This document shows, one piece after another, positions 38,574 through 64,000 of a DNA stretch of 64,000 bases; the stretch's first letter is position 1; every line of letters starts with the position of its first letter. A model generated the notes under the pieces. That model made no database searches. It had not been told where the DNA came from and was given only the letters and a program-made list of their open reading frames with translations. Where the stretch lies: positions 3,720,001 through 3,784,000 of the forward strand of contig CM035358.1 in assembly GCA_020137815.1 (NCBI GenBank), given 5' to 3'. The translations under genes and the position numbers were made by a program. The DNA is from Hormiphora californensis. Its lineage: Eukaryota > Animalia > Ctenophora.

Positions 38574-40118
38574 GTAAGTACTCTATTCAAGGATTATTAG
38601 AGGAGGTAAGTACTCTAGAGTTGGAGTATTTAAGGATTAATGGAGGGTGTAAACAGTAAGAGTATCGAAGTTATAGAGGCGGTAATAACCATGTAGATGA
38701 TTGTTCAAGGATTATTGGAGAGGAAAGTGATGAAGTAGAGTAGTTTTGGAGAGAGTAAGTTGATACTCCAAGGCTCTGTTTATGACACATACATATACTA
38801 TTCAGTACAGTCGGACCCCGATTTAGTATTTACCGGGCCCCGATTTACCGGAACCCCGATTTACCGGGAGGATAAACTTCCCCGATATAGGAAATTAACG
38901 GTATATCACCCCGATATACCAGGCACCCCGATTTACCGGGCAAAACCCTTTCCCCCGAGCATCCCGGTAAATCGGGGTGCGACTGTATCACATTCCCTGA
39001 TACTCCCTGTAATTTCAACTTGCCCTTGTTTCTTGGTTACCCCTAGCAACGGTTCTGGGTGCCATGGGGAACTAACTGCTTCCGAAAGCGGAACAATAAT
39101 AATGCTTGTCACACCGCCTATATTATTATACCTCCTCCACAGTTTATTACCATTGTTATACCCCAGCTAGTGCAGAACACACCCTGTTAAACGAGCCCAA
39201 CAATAGAGCTCTCCCATGAAAGCTCTCCCATCAGCACCAAGAAACAACAACAAAGTCCTTCCTTTATCCACCCACCCAGGTACTTGTGAGTTGTGTCAAT
39301 AGATTGTCACGTGGAGACTGGAGGGCCAACAATGGAGGAGGTGGAGCTCTCCAGACTCCAGAAGGTTCTAGATCCAGCACACCTTGTTAAAGGACTAACA
39401 ATGGGGAAAATATTTCATTTCCCATCTTTATTCTCTTCATTTGTTTGTGGGGGACAAGAACTAAAGTTATCCCATCTGCACTGGTTGTTTTTTTAATTAT
39501 GTAAACAGGGATTTACGCTTGAGTTGTTGCCCAATTAGCCCCGATTTGTTATGATTGCCTGATCGCGATACCCATCAAACAAATACAAAAGGCGTCAATG
39601 GCCACACGCGCTAATTGACCTCTCCACCTCTTGCGAACCTGATTGATCTCCAGTTCTTGTTTGTTCTGCTCTTGTTAATCTGTTAAACATGGTAGCACAG
39701 TCAGCTGCTGAGGAAAGCAGCGGAGCAGATATAAATCTCCTGAAGGATCACGAGAAGGTCATGTCTCCTCCACCTCGCTCAATGGCGTTCCAGGGGAGCA
39801 GAGTTTATAGCAACCGACACGCTGAGAAATATCTCTATCGGCAACCCACTTACCAGAGTACGTCCATGTCCATGGAAACGCCCCTCCGTGATTAATTTAA
39901 ATTGGCATACCCACCAAACATTTTCAGATGAATGGAATTTTGTTCCAATTATCAGAGTTGTTATTATCAATGTTTACGAATACATTTAATAGGTTTATTA
40001 CTACAATATAATGCTATAGTTTGTTAATAAAACCGATCAAAAAACGCTATTATATCATGTTGTCCTTTGGGCTATCTTTAGTTCTCTATAGTTCATCGAA
40101 TTTACTTACTATTATTAA

Positions 40119-40486
40119 GCCAAAAACTAATTGAAATTAGTTGGCGGGAAAGGTGACCCACTTACACCTTTTGCTACTGCCGGGTATCACCACGAACTCT
40201 CATTCTATGCCTCGGTATCTCATTCTCAATCTCTCATTTTTCGAGGGTAACTTAAATTCCTGTTCGTTCTATCCCTCTCTCTCTCTCCCTGTCCCTGTCT
40301 CTCTCTCTCGCTCTCTCTCGCTCTCTCTCGCTCTCTCTCTCTCTCACTCTATCACACTCTCTTTCACTGTCTTATTCCATTATATTCACCATTTATATAT
40401 TCACCATTTATATCCCTGATCCCGGCAGCAGGCAAAGGTGTAAGTGGGTCACCTTTCCCGCCAACTAATTTCAATTAGTTTTTGGC
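40119..40486. mobile_element. MITE with ~65-bp TIRs and TTAA duplication
   Basis: ttaa|GCCAAAAACTAATTGAAATTAGTTGGCGGGAAAGG...CCTTTCCCGCCAACTAATTTCAATTAGTTTTTGGC|ttaa. Confidence 0.85.
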
Positions 40487-41615
40487 TTAATTTAGGTCCC
40501 TTTTTGGTTTCTAATCGCAGCATGACATTATTTCATGATGTAATATTGTCGAAATGATGCGTTATATGAGAAACGAGACGAATTTCTGTGAAAATCGTAT
40601 TTTAGACGTCATAATGACGTCATTTGACGTAATTAGTGACGTCGTAACGACGTAATTGCATCACGATATATTTTCAATCAATACCCCAAAGGAGCTTGTA
40701 AAGTTTCATTGGCCACAGTGGTCAGGAAAAGGAGTTTTTGCTCGAAAAACATTCAATTTACTAAATTTTTCGTCAAATTTTTGACTTCCGACGCAATTTA
40801 AGGGCTCAAAATGATAAGCTACGAAAATTCGCTATACAGTATCTGAAAGTTCAGACGATTTGCCGGTAACGATTTTTCGTCAAATCAGAAATCGGAACAC
40901 GTCTTCAGGGTGCTAGAGGCGTTTGAAAAAAGTTAGTCGGTCTCGCGCAATGACGTCACTCGTGACGTCATTGCGCGCGTCATAGGTAAGATGGAGAGTC
41001 GCCACCCAGATGGGTACATGCACGAGACAATTGTCTGTCGAATGCCGCTTGGTTTAAGGTCGTAAGATGTCTGGTTCGTCTCAAACTGGGACCAAACGGA
41101 AGGTAACAGAGCGTCTATACATCTATGTATATATGTATATATCAACCTAGTTATCCCCACACTGAATTTTCTGTTTTGGGGGTGGTGTTATAACTTTTGA
41201 ACAAAAAGAGCTAGCCACTTGAAATTTTTACCATCGATAGAGGTCTACAAGAAGCTTCTAAGTACAAAATTTCAGCTTCCTAGCTCTTCCGGTTCGGGAG
41301 TTATGGCATGTCAAAAAGTGCCAAAATGGGCTAAAAGTATGAAATAACTATATATACGCTGTGAGCAAGCGGGCCGTTTTTGGGGGAAATTTTTTTCGGG
41401 GGATGGATGGGGTCACCTTTGCGCTTGCCAGCGCAGTGATCCGCCGCTATTAATTTTTTCCAGCAGCTATTCATTACAATTAAAGCAGATTAACTAAAAA
41501 AACATTCACTTCATAATATTATGTCACCACCATAATTTTACATTTTCTGATTCTCTTTCTGATTCTCCACATTTTGTATTTAGATTATTCTCTAAACCGT
41601 TTCTTCCCATTTCAG

Positions 41616-63489
<21,874 letters not shown>

Positions 63490-64000
63490 AATCCCCCACC
63501 ATACCACCATCACCCCTGGAATCCAGATTAAAATTGTAGTGAAACCCGCGCCCCCACTTGGACACTAAGTACATTGTTACCAATTAAGAGTTGGACTAAT
63601 ATGGGGAGGAGTTGCTGGCGATATATAATAGAACTCTCGTATTATAATAGAACGAACAATTTTTATACACGTTCAGTGTGACAAAACTCCCGAAACAAAA
63701 GTAAACAGTGTTTTTAGTTGTTCTTTCTTCAATAAAAAACTGTAATATCTTGTTAATCTGTTACGTTTTTTAATTTCGTGACCCTTTTAGTTTCTGTAGC
63801 GAATATCTTGAGAACTAAAGAATAAAAAGAGATGGATGAACAGTTAAGAAAGAGAGGGAGAGAAATACAGAGATAGAGAAATACAGAGATATAGAGAGAT
63901 ATAGAGAGAGATAGAAATACAGAGATAGAGATAGTGTAGTTAGTAGTTTCGTTGTCAGTTGCATGCCTGGCAATAGTGTGTTCTTGTCCGAGACAAATAA

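Noticed and set aside
39293-39970. Possible small nested gene or exons (e.g. 39689-39895 +, or minus-strand MDMDVL|gtaagt)
   Set aside because: No phase-consistent, stop-free splice path or recognisable motif could be built.
40500-41450. Possible Helitron/Helentron-like element (gacgtca-rich, terminal hairpin gcgcttgccagcgc)
   Set aside because: It looks repeat-like, but termini and family could not be established from this window.

Overview
Intron-rich animal genomic DNA with abundant (CT)n/(GA)n microsatellites and many short inverted-repeat transposons. A ctenophore is inferred from AG acceptors right before start codons, nested genes and overall layout; the taxon is not proven. Manual GT-AG splicing gives, left to right: (1) a tight + strand cluster of DNAJB13, a 63-aa orphan ORF and a SPAG8-like gene; (2) tRNA-Ala(AGC); (3) two 1.3-1.6 kb foldback elements; (4) a K2P potassium channel gene with an antisense signal-peptide/kringle exon in an intron; (5) an ORF1-only LINE remnant; (6) a NOX5-like NADPH oxidase (core 41616-63489) with about 8 EF-hand motifs and several candidate alternative first exons. 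One 6.5-kb NOX intron holds an antisense 3-exon gene for a GPI-anchor-like, Cys-containing protein, whose own intron holds an intronless 7TM receptor gene (double nesting). Tandem repeats built from splice junctions recur, including an in-frame 30-bp donor array and a ~28-copy 29-bp acceptor array. No CRISPR or prokaryotic systems were seen.
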